DNA of 54,787 nucleotides from a virus (Duplodnaviria; Caudoviricetes): IMG/VR virus record IMGVR_UViG_3300018719_000035, positions 1 to 54,787 of that record; one strand, 5' to 3'. Shown piece by piece: positions 18,016 to 27,417 of this stretch (position 1 is its first letter; each line of letters starts with the position of its first letter). The notes under the pieces were generated by a model. It saw only the letters and a program-made list of their open reading frames with translations, ran no database searches and was not told where the DNA came from. The position numbers and the translations under genes were made by a program.

Positions 18016-18575
18016 CAGATGCCCCACACGCGATAAGGGGCCAGCAGGGCTTTGATGGTGGGGTCCTCGGTGAGGTTCTCTTGCACCATCTCGCCGCGCT
18101 GGCTGAAAAGCTGCCCCACCATCAGGAGAATGGCCTGTCGAATGGGCTCGGGCACCTCCTCATAGCCGGCGCGGTAACGTATCGTCACCGCCTCCGGGCC
18201 ATAGCGCAGAGACGGCCAGGACGCCCCACCGGTGAGCCGGATGCCGCCCTGCCCTCCGATCCCAAACGCCCGATAATTCGCAGGCGCATATGTCTGCTCG
18301 GCGTTGTCGCTGTCGAAATACTTGACCGACAGCACCTCAAGGAGAGGCGGCATCGGCAAGCGAATGTCGAAGGCCCAGCAGATGTCTTCGGAGCCGATGC
18401 GGTAATCCCAGGTCGTGACGCCAAGGGTACGCTCGATCCGCTCTTGGACAACCTTCGTCGCTACGACGATAAGAGCGTCAATGTAGGTGTCATCATCCGA
18501 GTGATCGATACGAAGATGGCGCTTCGCATCGTCACGCGAGATGATCGGATCGGCCGCCTCGACTTCGATCAGCAT
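18015..18575 (-). CDS. Head-tail connector (HK97 gp6-like)
   Basis: DAKRHLRIDHSDDD.YI and VPEPIRQAILLMV motifs. Confidence 0.9.
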   Translation of the reverse strand: MLIEVEAADPIISRDDAKRHLRIDHSDDDTYIDALIVVATKVVQERIERTLGVTTWDYRIGSEDICWAFDIRLPMPPLLEVLSVKYFDSDNAEQTYAPANYRAFGIGGQGGIRLTGGASWPSLRYGPEAVTIRYRAGYEEVPEPIRQAILLMVGQLFSQRGEMVQENLTEDPTIKALLAPYRVWGI

Positions 18576-18584
18576 GGGGAGTCC

Positions 18585-18812
18585 TTACTTGCGGGACTTC
18601 TTTGCAGGGGCGGTCTCTGCCTTGTTGGCAGGAGCGGACTCGGCCTTGTTCATGGGGGCAGCCTCACTCTTGGCCGCACCGACCTTTTTGAGCACACCGA
18701 GGTCCACGAGGTGCTTGGCCTCGGCTTCGGTCAGTTCGCGGGTATCGCCCTCGAAATACTGCTTATCGCCGTCCATCTGCCGAAGGACTTTGTAGGTGAA
18801 CTTTTCAGCCAT
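18585..18812 (-). CDS. Small head-associated hypothetical protein
   Basis: GAGGAG RBS; PxNKA repeats; follows the capsid gene. Confidence 0.75.
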   Translation of the reverse strand: MAEKFTYKVLRQMDGDKQYFEGDTRELTEAEAKHLVDLGVLKKVGAAKSEAAPMNKAESAPANKAETAPAKKSRK

Positions 18813-18875
18813 GGTACTTCTCCTCTCAGCTCATAGAGAGGGCAGCCGAACCGCCCTCCTTGATGAGCCGAGCGA

Positions 18876-20084
18876 TTAGGCCACGCGACCAAAGTCGCCG
18901 TAGACGAAGGCCTCGGGGCGGTAGACCGCCAGAGCCAACCGCTCTTCCGCCAGGATCGTGACGAGGTTGCGGATGAAGTCGTCGTTGACGTAGCCGGCTT
19001 CGACACGACCTTCCCAGCGATCGAAGACCTGAGCTCCCAGACGGAAGGCGCCGGTCAGGAACTTGTCGACCGCAATCGCCTGCGTGGTGACCACCGGCAG
19101 GCCCCAGAGGGTCGGCGCGATGCTGCCCTGTGGGTTGCCGATGATGTACTGGCCCGCCGAGTCCTTGAGGGTCTCGATGAAGGCCCAGTCGCTCGGGTGC
19201 ATGACGTGACCCGTTGCCGGGTATTCCGCCAGAGCGGCCTGCAGCATGGCGAGGCGCATACGATCGATGCTGGTCTCGCCGCCGACCGTGATCGGAGCAG
19301 CATAGGCCGTCGCCTGCGGGATAATGCCGAGCAGGTTCTGGCCGGTGCCGTCGCCGTTCAGAAGCTGCTGCTCTTCCTTGTAGGCAAGGCCGTAGAGCAG
19401 GCGCTGATCAATCGTGGAGCGGAGCTGCGCCACGTCGCTCAGGATCTGGCGGGAAGCCTTCATCCAGTGCGCGATGACCTTGGCCGAGGTCGAACGCAGA
19501 TCGAGCTTGATATCGGACTCGGGCTTCACCGCAGCTTCCGCAACACCGGCCGCGTTGTTGGTGAACCCAGTTTCCACCACGTATTCGAGCGTGTTACCGT
19601 CCATCTGACCGGGCGAGATGAGATCCCGCACCGTCAGGCGGCGCTGCGGCAGGGCCAGAATGCCAGGCAGACGGGTGTTCTGCACGGCATCGCCCACGGA
19701 GCCGGCGGCATCGGTCGTGGCTGACGTGAGGGTCGCCTTCACCTGCATATCGCCGCCGCGGGCGCCCTTGGAGAAGCCTGCCGCCTGGAAGGCCTTGAAG
19801 CCTTCGCTCTCGACAAACTGCTCGCCCAGGGACTTCTGCGCCTCGGGCTGATTGCCGCCTCCACGAGCCATCTTCTGCTCGATCTCGGCAAACTGCTCCG
19901 AGAGGCTGTTCATCTTCAGGAGAGCTTCGTCAGCTTTCTCCTTGACGGATTGTGCGAGCGTTTCGCCGTTCTTGGCCTTGCCGAGGGCCTCCTCAGCAAT
20001 TTCCTTCACTTTGTCGACTGACTGCTGGAAGGCGGTCTTCACCTCGAGCGCAAGCTGCTCGGGCGTCTTGGTTTCGGTGCTCAT
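18876..20084 (-). CDS. Helper major capsid protein, HK97 fold
   Basis: Coiled-coil delta domain; VIAHWMKASRQILSD, LLNGDGTG and NLVTILAEERLAL motifs. Confidence 0.96.
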   Translation of the reverse strand: MSTETKTPEQLALEVKTAFQQSVDKVKEIAEEALGKAKNGETLAQSVKEKADEALLKMNSLSEQFAEIEQKMARGGGNQPEAQKSLGEQFVESEGFKAFQAAGFSKGARGGDMQVKATLTSATTDAAGSVGDAVQNTRLPGILALPQRRLTVRDLISPGQMDGNTLEYVVETGFTNNAAGVAEAAVKPESDIKLDLRSTSAKVIAHWMKASRQILSDVAQLRSTIDQRLLYGLAYKEEQQLLNGDGTGQNLLGIIPQATAYAAPITVGGETSIDRMRLAMLQAALAEYPATGHVMHPSDWAFIETLKDSAGQYIIGNPQGSIAPTLWGLPVVTTQAIAVDKFLTGAFRLGAQVFDRWEGRVEAGYVNDDFIRNLVTILAEERLALAVYRPEAFVYGDFGRVA

Positions 20085-20115
20085 TGGTTTCTCCGTGAGC
20101 AAAAAGGGGGATGGT

Positions 20116-20784
20116 TCAGCCGCTCGGCAGAAGCGCCTTTAGGAACGCGGCCGGATCGTTCGCCTGATTGCCCTCGGACTCGCTCCGAATGGCCTTGGCA
20201 TAACCATGCGAGGCGATCGCAGTGGCCATGCTTTTCGGGACGCCTGCCTCACGCAGGATGTCCTCGAATTCCTTGATCGGCATGGGGTCGCCGTCGCGCA
20301 GGCGGCGGGCGAACTCTTCCATACGTTCGGACTTCACGCTCTCAATCCGGGCGCGGCGGTTGGCCGGGAACGTCACCGGAGAGATTTCGTAGAGGTCCAG
20401 TTTCTTCAGAAGGCGAATGTTGCTCTCTTGATCGGCCTCTACCTCACGGTAGCCGATCGACAGACCGCCGATGGCCTTGTTCTTAGCCAATGCGTGAACC
20501 TCACGCGCCCGCTGGATGTCGAGCAGGAAGCGGCCCTTGCCCCACAGTCCTTTCGCATCTTCGGCCAAATCCTCCCACACACCGATGGGCTGGTGCGGGT
20601 CGTGATTCCAGAGCATCAGGACATTCGTGCCCTCGCGCTTGTGCCGCGCCAGGCTGTCAACGAACGCTCCCGGCATGACCTTCTCGCCGTAGCTGTCCAC
20701 GTTCCCGAAGACGGAGCCATAGCCTTCAAAGGTGCCGTCTTCCGACAGATCCTTGACCTGCAGGGCGAAGTCTTTGGTCTTCAT
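20116..20784 (-). CDS. Helper prohead protease (HK97 family, S78)
   Basis: FEGYGSVFGNVDS, MLWNHD, GLSIGY and LYEISPVTFPAN motifs. Confidence 0.95.
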   Translation of the reverse strand: MKTKDFALQVKDLSEDGTFEGYGSVFGNVDSYGEKVMPGAFVDSLARHKREGTNVLMLWNHDPHQPIGVWEDLAEDAKGLWGKGRFLLDIQRAREVHALAKNKAIGGLSIGYREVEADQESNIRLLKKLDLYEISPVTFPANRRARIESVKSERMEEFARRLRDGDPMPIKEFEDILREAGVPKSMATAIASHGYAKAIRSESEGNQANDPAAFLKALLPSG

Positions 20785-20789
20785 GTGTC

Positions 20790-21188
20790 CTATTCCTCGG
20801 TGGGCGGCGGCAAGGCAGGCTGGCCCGCCTGCGTAATGGGCACGTTCTGCATCTGCATGCGGGGCACATCGCCGCCAGGGACAGGCGGCAGGTTCTCCAA
20901 GGCGCGGACCTCGTTGATGGTCATGGCCCCAATGCCAGTCATTTCCCTGTAAAAGGTCGCACGGCCTTGACTGTCGCCGCGCAGGAGCCCTTCAAGGTTG
21001 AATTCGATGGTGATGCCGGCCGCCCGATCAACCGGCGTCAGGAGCTGCTTCTCAAGCGCCTGCTCGATCCTCTTCAGGCGGCGGCGCAGGGTGAATTTCT
21101 GGAAGCCGAGGGTCTGCTGCTCAAGGCCGGTCCCCCAGCTCGTGGTTTTCTCGGTATGGCCGACCATGAAGGGCGGGACACCGAAGAA
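20790..21188 (-). pseudogene. Portal protein, 3' part (separated by the satellite insertion)
   Basis: FFGVPPFMVGHTEKTTSWGTGLEQQ...LLRGD...TINEVRALENLPP HK97-portal C-terminus. Confidence 0.93.
21178..21188. repeat. Satellite att core, integrase-proximal copy
   Basis: ACACCGAAGAA, identical to 32033-32043. Confidence 0.9.
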
Positions 21189-21244
21189 ACTAATCGTCTT
21201 GTTTTTCAGTCGCTTAGTGTTGTCTTGCGCAATTTGCGCGCGAA

Positions 21245-22453
21245 CTATTCCGCAGGAGACGGAAGCGCGATGACTGCGGGCCTCGTCAGACGATCACTCA
21301 AGGCCTGCATTTGAGAGGTGTCTGTGATGCGGTTTTGCAAGGCATGGGCATAGACGCTCATGGTCATATCGACCTTGGAATGACCGAGGGCGTTTGCCAC
21401 CTCGGGGAGGCTCCAGCCGTTCTCGATCATCCAGCTTGCGGCAAAGTGCCGAAGAGCATGGAAATGGAAAGTTGGCTTCTTAAAGTTTTCAGCCAGCCCC
21501 GCCCGGACGAGGAGCGGACCCCAGGAGCCATGCCGGAAGCCGTTTGCATCCATAGGCTTTCCACTCCGGTAGGTGAACATAAGGCCCTGTGGATTGGCCT
21601 TCCCGGTCGGTACCTGGTACTTTTCGATCCACTCAGCCAACAGCTCGGCAACGTGCGCCGGCAGCGCCACGTCACGGACGCCCGCCTTAGACTTCGGAGA
21701 CTTGAGCCCGTCGCGCCGAGAAAGGCTGGTTCTGACCCGCAGGATGCCTCGTGCGAAGTCCACGTTCGATACCCGGAGGCCGAAAATCTCCCCAAGCCGC
21801 AGCCCGCAGAAAACGGAAAGATGTACCGCGCACTGGAGGCGCAGCGCTGCATCTGGCGTGCGCCCCTTATACATGGGGGCATTTACGGCCGTCAGGAGAG
21901 CCCTGACCTGATCAACGGTGAAGGTTTTTACCGGCGATGTTTTCGCCCCCCTCACCTCGGAAAGCAGGGCAAGCACCGGGTTCTTGAAGATCCATTCGCG
22001 CTTAACCGCATGGTCAAAAATCATCTTCAGGGATTGAGCCGCGATGATCGCGGAGCGGGCTGACAGGTTGCGGGCCTGCCTCATCTCCTGGAACCACTCC
22101 TCCAGCCTGGGGAGCGTGACCTGATCAATCCGCATTTCGCCAATGTACGGCAGGATGTGCAGACGAATTGTGGACTCCACCCGATATTCGTGCCCCTTCC
22201 CTATGCGCCCGTCTTTCACCTTCTCTTGCATCGTGCGAAGGAAAGCCCCCGCCACTTCTTTGATGGTGAAGCGTTCAGCAACCTGAATTTTCTTACTGAG
22301 GTCGATTTCTACCTTGCTTCGGAATAGGTCTGCATCCTTCTTCTTTTCAAACGTCTGTTGGCGATGCTTACCGCTGTGATCGACATAGCGGACGATCCAG
22401 GCGCTCTTCTTCTCGCCCTTATAGGTCCACTCTCTCTTGCTAACGCTTGCCAC
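21245..22453 (-). CDS. int: Satellite tyrosine integrase
   Basis: CGLRLGE, HFHALRH and LGHSKVDMTMSVY catalytic motifs; GTG start with AAAGGAG RBS. Confidence 0.95.
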   Translation of the reverse strand: MASVSKREWTYKGEKKSAWIVRYVDHSGKHRQQTFEKKKDADLFRSKVEIDLSKKIQVAERFTIKEVAGAFLRTMQEKVKDGRIGKGHEYRVESTIRLHILPYIGEMRIDQVTLPRLEEWFQEMRQARNLSARSAIIAAQSLKMIFDHAVKREWIFKNPVLALLSEVRGAKTSPVKTFTVDQVRALLTAVNAPMYKGRTPDAALRLQCAVHLSVFCGLRLGEIFGLRVSNVDFARGILRVRTSLSRRDGLKSPKSKAGVRDVALPAHVAELLAEWIEKYQVPTGKANPQGLMFTYRSGKPMDANGFRHGSWGPLLVRAGLAENFKKPTFHFHALRHFAASWMIENGWSLPEVANALGHSKVDMTMSVYAHALQNRITDTSQMQALSDRLTRPAVIALPSPAE

Positions 22454-22470
22454 GTTGCTCTCCTTTCATG

Positions 22471-22503
22471 AAAAGAGGCCCGGCCACGGAATGCAGCCGG
22501 GCC
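22471..22503 (-). terminator. Intrinsic terminator just upstream of satellite int
   Basis: 8-bp stem GGCCCGGC/GCCGGGCC followed by TCTTTT on the minus strand. Confidence 0.65.
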
Positions 22504-22510
22504 GTTTGGG

Positions 22511-22957
22511 TCAGTACGTTTCAGGGATGATGTGCGCGGTGCCGTCTATCGTCCCGTAGAGCGGGAAGCGGGTCACAGTCGCATCAATGCCGTACTGCTC
22601 ATCAAGCCCGCCACGGTCGCCTATGCCGTTGTCATCGGTGTTGCCCTCGAAATCCTCATCGGGCTCCCGACCGTCATGCTCCTCCTCAAGGTCCTGATCG
22701 GAGCCATGGGCATAGGTGCTCGTCCAACCTAGGGAAGGTTCAAGGTCTGCGTCGGGTTCAGCCTCGTCAACGTGTCCCGGGGCAACCGAACCAAAGGAAG
22801 GTTCAAAGTCCGGATCGCCGTCGATGGCGTCGAGCAGATCAATCATCCGCTCTAACTCTCGCTCAATCTCGGCTCTCAAGGCGCGGAGACGCGTGCGCTC
22901 CGGATCGATAGCCGGAGGCGCTATTGGCCCACTGCGGGCGTAGAATTGTGAAGTCAT
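22511..22957 (-). CDS. Acidic hypothetical protein
   Basis: IDLLDAIDGDPDFEPS, with a DxDxEPSxG repeat and a highly acidic C-terminal half. Confidence 0.7.
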   Translation of the reverse strand: MTSQFYARSGPIAPPAIDPERTRLRALRAEIERELERMIDLLDAIDGDPDFEPSFGSVAPGHVDEAEPDADLEPSLGWTSTYAHGSDQDLEEEHDGREPDEDFEGNTDDNGIGDRGGLDEQYGIDATVTRFPLYGTIDGTAHIIPETY

Positions 22958-22960
22958 GGT

Positions 22961-23075
22961 TTCTCGCGGTAGGAACCGGCTTGCTACGGCCGGGGATTGG
23001 TACGCTTGCTAAGGCGTCCTCTCCTTGCCAGCGGTCAGCACTGGCACCGGGAGGTTAGCAACACGTCCGCGAGAA
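22961..23075 (-). ncRNA. Candidate cloverleaf regulatory RNA (c4 antisense-like)
   Basis: 9-bp closing stem (22961-22969/23067-23075) enclosing three hairpins; two loops carry TTGCTA, complementary to TAGCAA at 23056-23061. Confidence 0.5.
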
Positions 23076-23404
23076 CGTGCCCAAAGGCCTTCCCCTCGAA
23101 AGGGTCTTGTATAACCAGTGGCCTCCCGGCATAGTGGTGCCGTTCGGTGCCCACTGGTCGTGGGCCCGTCAGTTTCGGTACGATCTGGCCGGCAAGCCAG
23201 CTCCTACCTATCGCGGATGCAGCGCTAGACCCGGCAAGGTCCCGCTGCGAGAGTTGCTACGCTCCAATCAGGAATATGACACGCGAACCCACCGCCTCGC
23301 AAGGCGGAAGGGGTCTTCGCGCGTGTCCTCGCTGGCCAGGACTCGACTCCCAAGCAAGTTAGGCTAGGCTCCCTGCTCACCATTTCATGATTGCAGGGCT
23401 ATAG

Positions 23405-24133
23405 ATGTCCAACGACAATCGGAGGCTATTTCTCCTCCTCAAAGATAGCGATAATGTAGTTTGCAATGGGTGCGGCACTCAACAGATAGCCAACCTAAAG
23501 ACGATGGATGTTGACCCTAAGCACTATATAAAAACGTTCATTTGTCTCCGCTGCCGCCAGGCTAATATTGAAATATTCTGGTACGCAGACGAAATCAAAC
23601 GATCAGGGCAATTCACATCGAAATCTTTCAGGTTCAAGACCATCTATCGTTATCCTGCCGCCAAGAGTAACTTTGCCATCCCTGATAACTGCCCTGATGC
23701 GATCAAAGAAGATTACCAAGAGGCCGCTCGGTTGTTGAATGTAAGTGCTAGGGCCTCGGCTGCATTCTCACGACGGTGCTTGGAAGGTATTCTCACGGCC
23801 CAGGGTTACACTCAAAACCAACTTGTTCAAAAAATCGAGGCTCTTCTGAAAGAAGAGGATCCTCGCAAAGTCTTGCCCTACTACATCTCGAAGAACGTCG
23901 ATGCGGTTCGCGGTTTCGGAAACTTCTCAGCACATCCGATTGTAAATAAAGCGACAGCGGAGATTACTGACGTTCAGCCTGGAGAGGCAGAATGGTGCCT
24001 GCAAATTATCCAAGAACTTTTGGATCATTACTATACACGTCCAGCCGAGGAGCGAGCAAAGATCGACCAGATAAATGAGAAGCTCATCGCAGCGGGAAAG
24101 CCGCCGATCAAGGTGCCCAAAGAGACCGAATAG
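23405..24133 (+). CDS. DUF4145 (HEPN-like) protein with N-terminal zinc ribbon, satellite cargo
   Basis: CxxC...CxxC; EDYQEA...SARASAAFSRRCLE; VRGFGNFSAH (RxxxxxxH). Confidence 0.8.
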   Translation: MSNDNRRLFLLLKDSDNVVCNGCGTQQIANLKTMDVDPKHYIKTFICLRCRQANIEIFWYADEIKRSGQFTSKSFRFKTIYRYPAAKSNFAIPDNCPDAIKEDYQEAARLLNVSARASAAFSRRCLEGILTAQGYTQNQLVQKIEALLKEEDPRKVLPYYISKNVDAVRGFGNFSAHPIVNKATAEITDVQPGEAEWCLQIIQELLDHYYTRPAEERAKIDQINEKLIAAGKPPIKVPKETE

Positions 24134-24239
24134 CGCCTACTGGCTCACCAGAGGATACACCACGGGAAAAGGTCGGGCAGACTTGCGAGATGATCCTGGC
24201 TTCTTACATCGAAGATGCGACTCAATCGAAGGAGGCCCT

Positions 24240-24455
24240 ATGTCGGACGTTCGATCGCCCCTTGAAGCCCTAAATGCTTTCCGCAAGATCCTTGTTGAGG
24301 AGCGTCGACAGATCATTTCTAGTGCGCTGGACCTACGAGAGGCCAATGGAGAGGGAGGTCTCCGCGGAGCCGATCTTCAGCGCATTCAGGAACAAATCGA
24401 AGCCGTTGACCGAGCTATTGCGGATGAAACAGCGCTTCAGCATGCCGACCTCTAG
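24240..24455 (+). CDS. Small coiled-coil hypothetical protein
   Basis: AAGGAGG RBS before ATG at 24240; 71 aa. Confidence 0.7.
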   Translation: MSDVRSPLEALNAFRKILVEERRQIISSALDLREANGEGGLRGADLQRIQEQIEAVDRAIADETALQHADL

Positions 24456-27172
24456 CGCCCTCTCATTTTGTTGCCGCCCCACATCTTCAGCGCACCAGCT
24501 GTCTTGCTGCCGTTCATCAGGGCATTCGCTACCATGTCATCAATTTGAGCATGGAAGGTTGGGCCCTGCGGCCCATCGGGACCTCTCGTCACCTTCACGC
24601 CTGGTGCCTGGGTAATCGAGACATGGACATTGCTGCCCCCGGTCTTGTTGTGCGGGATGATTTGCCCGGGCGTTGTCGGCACGAAGGTTTCCCTGCCGAA
24701 CTCGCCCACTGTGTAGGCGGTCCCCGCCTTAACCTGTCCGCCTTGAGCGCGACCTGTAGGGTTGAAGGAAATGCCTGCGGCCTTACCGGAAAAAGCGCTG
24801 GTAATCAGGCCCACGAGACCGCCTAGCGCCCCGTTCTGACCGCTTGTGCCAAAAAGCCCTGCAAGGGGCCCTTGTCCGAGAATTGCAGCCTGGAGTGCTG
24901 CCCTTGCGAGCGATTTTGCAACGTTCTGGAAGACTTCATCAAGGCTGCGCCCTTCAAGGGCAAGATCTGTGATCGCCTCAAGAGCGACATCGCCAAAGTA
25001 TTCAGCCGTCCTATTGGCTTCTTCTTGGGCCTGCTCGTATTTCTTTATTGCCTCTTCCGCGTTGTATATCGCGGTCGTGCTGTCAATAATGGCCTGCTTC
25101 TGCTCATCGGTTGCAGCAGCGCCAGCGCGCGCGAGATTGATTGCGATCTGCCGTTCAAGGTTGGACTTACCAAGAGCCGCAGCCTCTGCCTCTACTTCGG
25201 CCCGCTCTGCGGCAAGGCTCTCGGTGAATTGCTTCACGCGGTCCGCATCGCGCTCATCGTCAGACTTGCCCCGCTTAGCCTCCTCAGCGTTCACGATGCG
25301 GGTGGCGGCTAACTCGAGAGCCTTCGGGTCTACCGTGCCGCCGGCCTTCGTGATTTCGTCAAAGAGTTTCTGCCGGGTATCGCGGATCTTCTTGGCCGTC
25401 TCACCCATCTCAGCCTCAGCGACCGATCGCTGAAGGGCTGCCTGTCCTTGCAATGCTCGGATGACCGGATCGTTAGCAACGTTCTGCGTGGCCTCCGAAT
25501 AGGAATTGCCCGTCGTCGGGTTAGGGATCGCTCGTTCGATTGCCTTGCTGGTTGCATCTGCCGTCTCTGACCCGACGGCCTTGAGTTCGGTCCGCAGCTT
25601 TCGAACAAGTGTGATGGCTCCCGCAAAATTGTCGAGGATGGGCTTCAGACGGTCGGCAATCTCCTGGAAATTTGGATTGGAATTGGCGAGCCGGAAGATT
25701 TCCTCTTTCGTCTTGAGCGCCGACTCCGCTGAGCCGTCAAACCCCCGAGCTAGGTTCTGCAGGCTCTTCACATCTTCAGGATTGCGGATTGCTGAGCTGA
25801 AGGCGCTATATCCGGCAAGTGTCTGCTTGATCTGTGCCTCGAACCGTGCAGCGTCGTTCGTCGCCTCGTTGATACCCTTGTTGAGTTCGTTCGTCTTCTG
25901 CTCGGCCTGGGCCTTGGCAGCCCGGATCACCGCTTCCGTGTGCTCATCGATGGCCTTTCCCGACTCCTGAGCGGAGGTTCGCACCTCCTCAAGAGCAGCG
26001 GCGTACTGACGGCTGCGCTCCGCAGCTTTCGCGCTCTCGGACGAGAAGTAGACCGCAGCTGCACTCACCGCGAGGATTGCCGCTCCAACAGGTCCACCAA
26101 CCACCGCAAGGGCCCTGGAAGCTGCGGCAGCCGCAGACATACGGGCCTGGGACGCAAGGAGAGTCGCATTCAGGGCGTTCATGGCCGTGCTCGCACGGGC
26201 GGCCGCAGCCACGGTCGAGCCAAGGGCAACGGCAGCCGGTGTCAATCCCTGCCCGATCAGACGGGCCGCAATAACTGTCCCAAGAGCAACAGCACCATCG
26301 GCCGCAACCCCGAAGTTGTTCGCCAGGAGCTGCGCTGCCGAACTGATAGCACCTGTGGCCATAGCAACTGTGGAACTCTGTCCCACGTATCGGGTAGCTG
26401 CCGTCTCAATGGCCGTGAAGGCGTCCTGCCCTGTAGCCTTGGTCTTGGCGAATGCGCCGTTGACCTCGGAAGCAGCAGAGACGATGCCTTTGAAGACGCG
26501 ATCCGAGGTCAGTTTCCCTTCGGCACCAAGCGTCTTCAGTTCACCGACTGCGACACCGAATTCCTTGGCTATAGCCTGGGCAACCACGGGCGCGTTCTCA
26601 AGCAGGGACCGGAGTTCATCGCCCTGGAGCTTGCCGGAGCTAAGTCCCTGTCCGAGCTGCACAAGGGTTGACTCGGTTTCGCCCGCGCTCGCCCCTGCCA
26701 GTTTTAGGGCCTTAGCGACAGTCTCGGTTGCGACCGCAACTTCGGCCTGCGATGCATTTAGATCCTTGGACGAGCGCGTGAGCCGGGCGTAAAGGTCCGC
26801 CGTAGAGCTGAAGGAAGTCCGGGCCCTTTCAGCCGACAAGGAAATCTGTTCAAGCGTGGAGGCCTGCTGGTCCAAGGGCACGCCTGCCGCGACGATCTTG
26901 TTGCCAGCGTTCGTCCACTCGTCCGCCAGCTTCTGAACGACGGCCACCGCCGCCGCCGTGCTCACGCCAGCCAGGGCCCTCCCCATATGCCCTTGAATGC
27001 TGCTGCTGAGCCGAGCCATGTTTGCTTCGACGCGCTGCTGAGCCTTGCTGGTACTCTGCTCGACAGCCTTCATCTGCCGCTCAGTGATCTGGCGGGCTTT
27101 CTTCAGCTCGTTCTCGTAATTCTTGATCCTCGCTTCAAGCGAGACGACGAGTTGTTCGAGTTCAGTTGCCAT
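24452..27172 (-). CDS. Satellite tape measure protein (906 aa)
   Basis: QLGQGLSSGKLQGDELRS domain; N- and C-termini match the helper tape measure protein; AAGGAG RBS. Confidence 0.92.
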   Translation of the reverse strand: MATELEQLVVSLEARIKNYENELKKARQITERQMKAVEQSTSKAQQRVEANMARLSSSIQGHMGRALAGVSTAAAVAVVQKLADEWTNAGNKIVAAGVPLDQQASTLEQISLSAERARTSFSSTADLYARLTRSSKDLNASQAEVAVATETVAKALKLAGASAGETESTLVQLGQGLSSGKLQGDELRSLLENAPVVAQAIAKEFGVAVGELKTLGAEGKLTSDRVFKGIVSAASEVNGAFAKTKATGQDAFTAIETAATRYVGQSSTVAMATGAISSAAQLLANNFGVAADGAVALGTVIAARLIGQGLTPAAVALGSTVAAAARASTAMNALNATLLASQARMSAAAAASRALAVVGGPVGAAILAVSAAAVYFSSESAKAAERSRQYAAALEEVRTSAQESGKAIDEHTEAVIRAAKAQAEQKTNELNKGINEATNDAARFEAQIKQTLAGYSAFSSAIRNPEDVKSLQNLARGFDGSAESALKTKEEIFRLANSNPNFQEIADRLKPILDNFAGAITLVRKLRTELKAVGSETADATSKAIERAIPNPTTGNSYSEATQNVANDPVIRALQGQAALQRSVAEAEMGETAKKIRDTRQKLFDEITKAGGTVDPKALELAATRIVNAEEAKRGKSDDERDADRVKQFTESLAAERAEVEAEAAALGKSNLERQIAINLARAGAAATDEQKQAIIDSTTAIYNAEEAIKKYEQAQEEANRTAEYFGDVALEAITDLALEGRSLDEVFQNVAKSLARAALQAAILGQGPLAGLFGTSGQNGALGGLVGLITSAFSGKAAGISFNPTGRAQGGQVKAGTAYTVGEFGRETFVPTTPGQIIPHNKTGGSNVHVSITQAPGVKVTRGPDGPQGPTFHAQIDDMVANALMNGSKTAGALKMWGGNKMRGR

Positions 27173-27183
27173 CCCGTCGCTCC

Positions 27184-27417
27184 TTATGCCCGTCCAGCCA
27201 ATTCAGGGTTCTCGATCCGGTCGGCTGCATCCCGCAGGAGCTTTGCGGCAACTGCACGCCCGTCCAGCGCCATGATGGCCCCGCCTCCCTTCGCAATCAT
27301 TGCAATGGCAAGCGCTCGACTAGGGATGATGCTATCGCTCACCAGTTCCACCAGCCTATCAAGGGCGCATTGAGCCATCACGTCGTGGGGGTCGGCCTCG
27401 ATCACTTCAGTTGTCAT
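27184..27417 (-). CDS. Small helical protein immediately upstream of the satellite tape measure gene
   Basis: ATG at 27417; 77 aa; occupies the tail-chaperone position. Confidence 0.6.
   Translation of the reverse strand: MTTEVIEADPHDVMAQCALDRLVELVSDSIIPSRALAIAMIAKGGGAIMALDGRAVAAKLLRDAADRIENPELAGRA

Noticed and set aside
22961-23075. Cloverleaf as a tRNA gene
   Set aside because: It is too long, has no T-loop GTTC or D-loop consensus, and has no CCA-type end.
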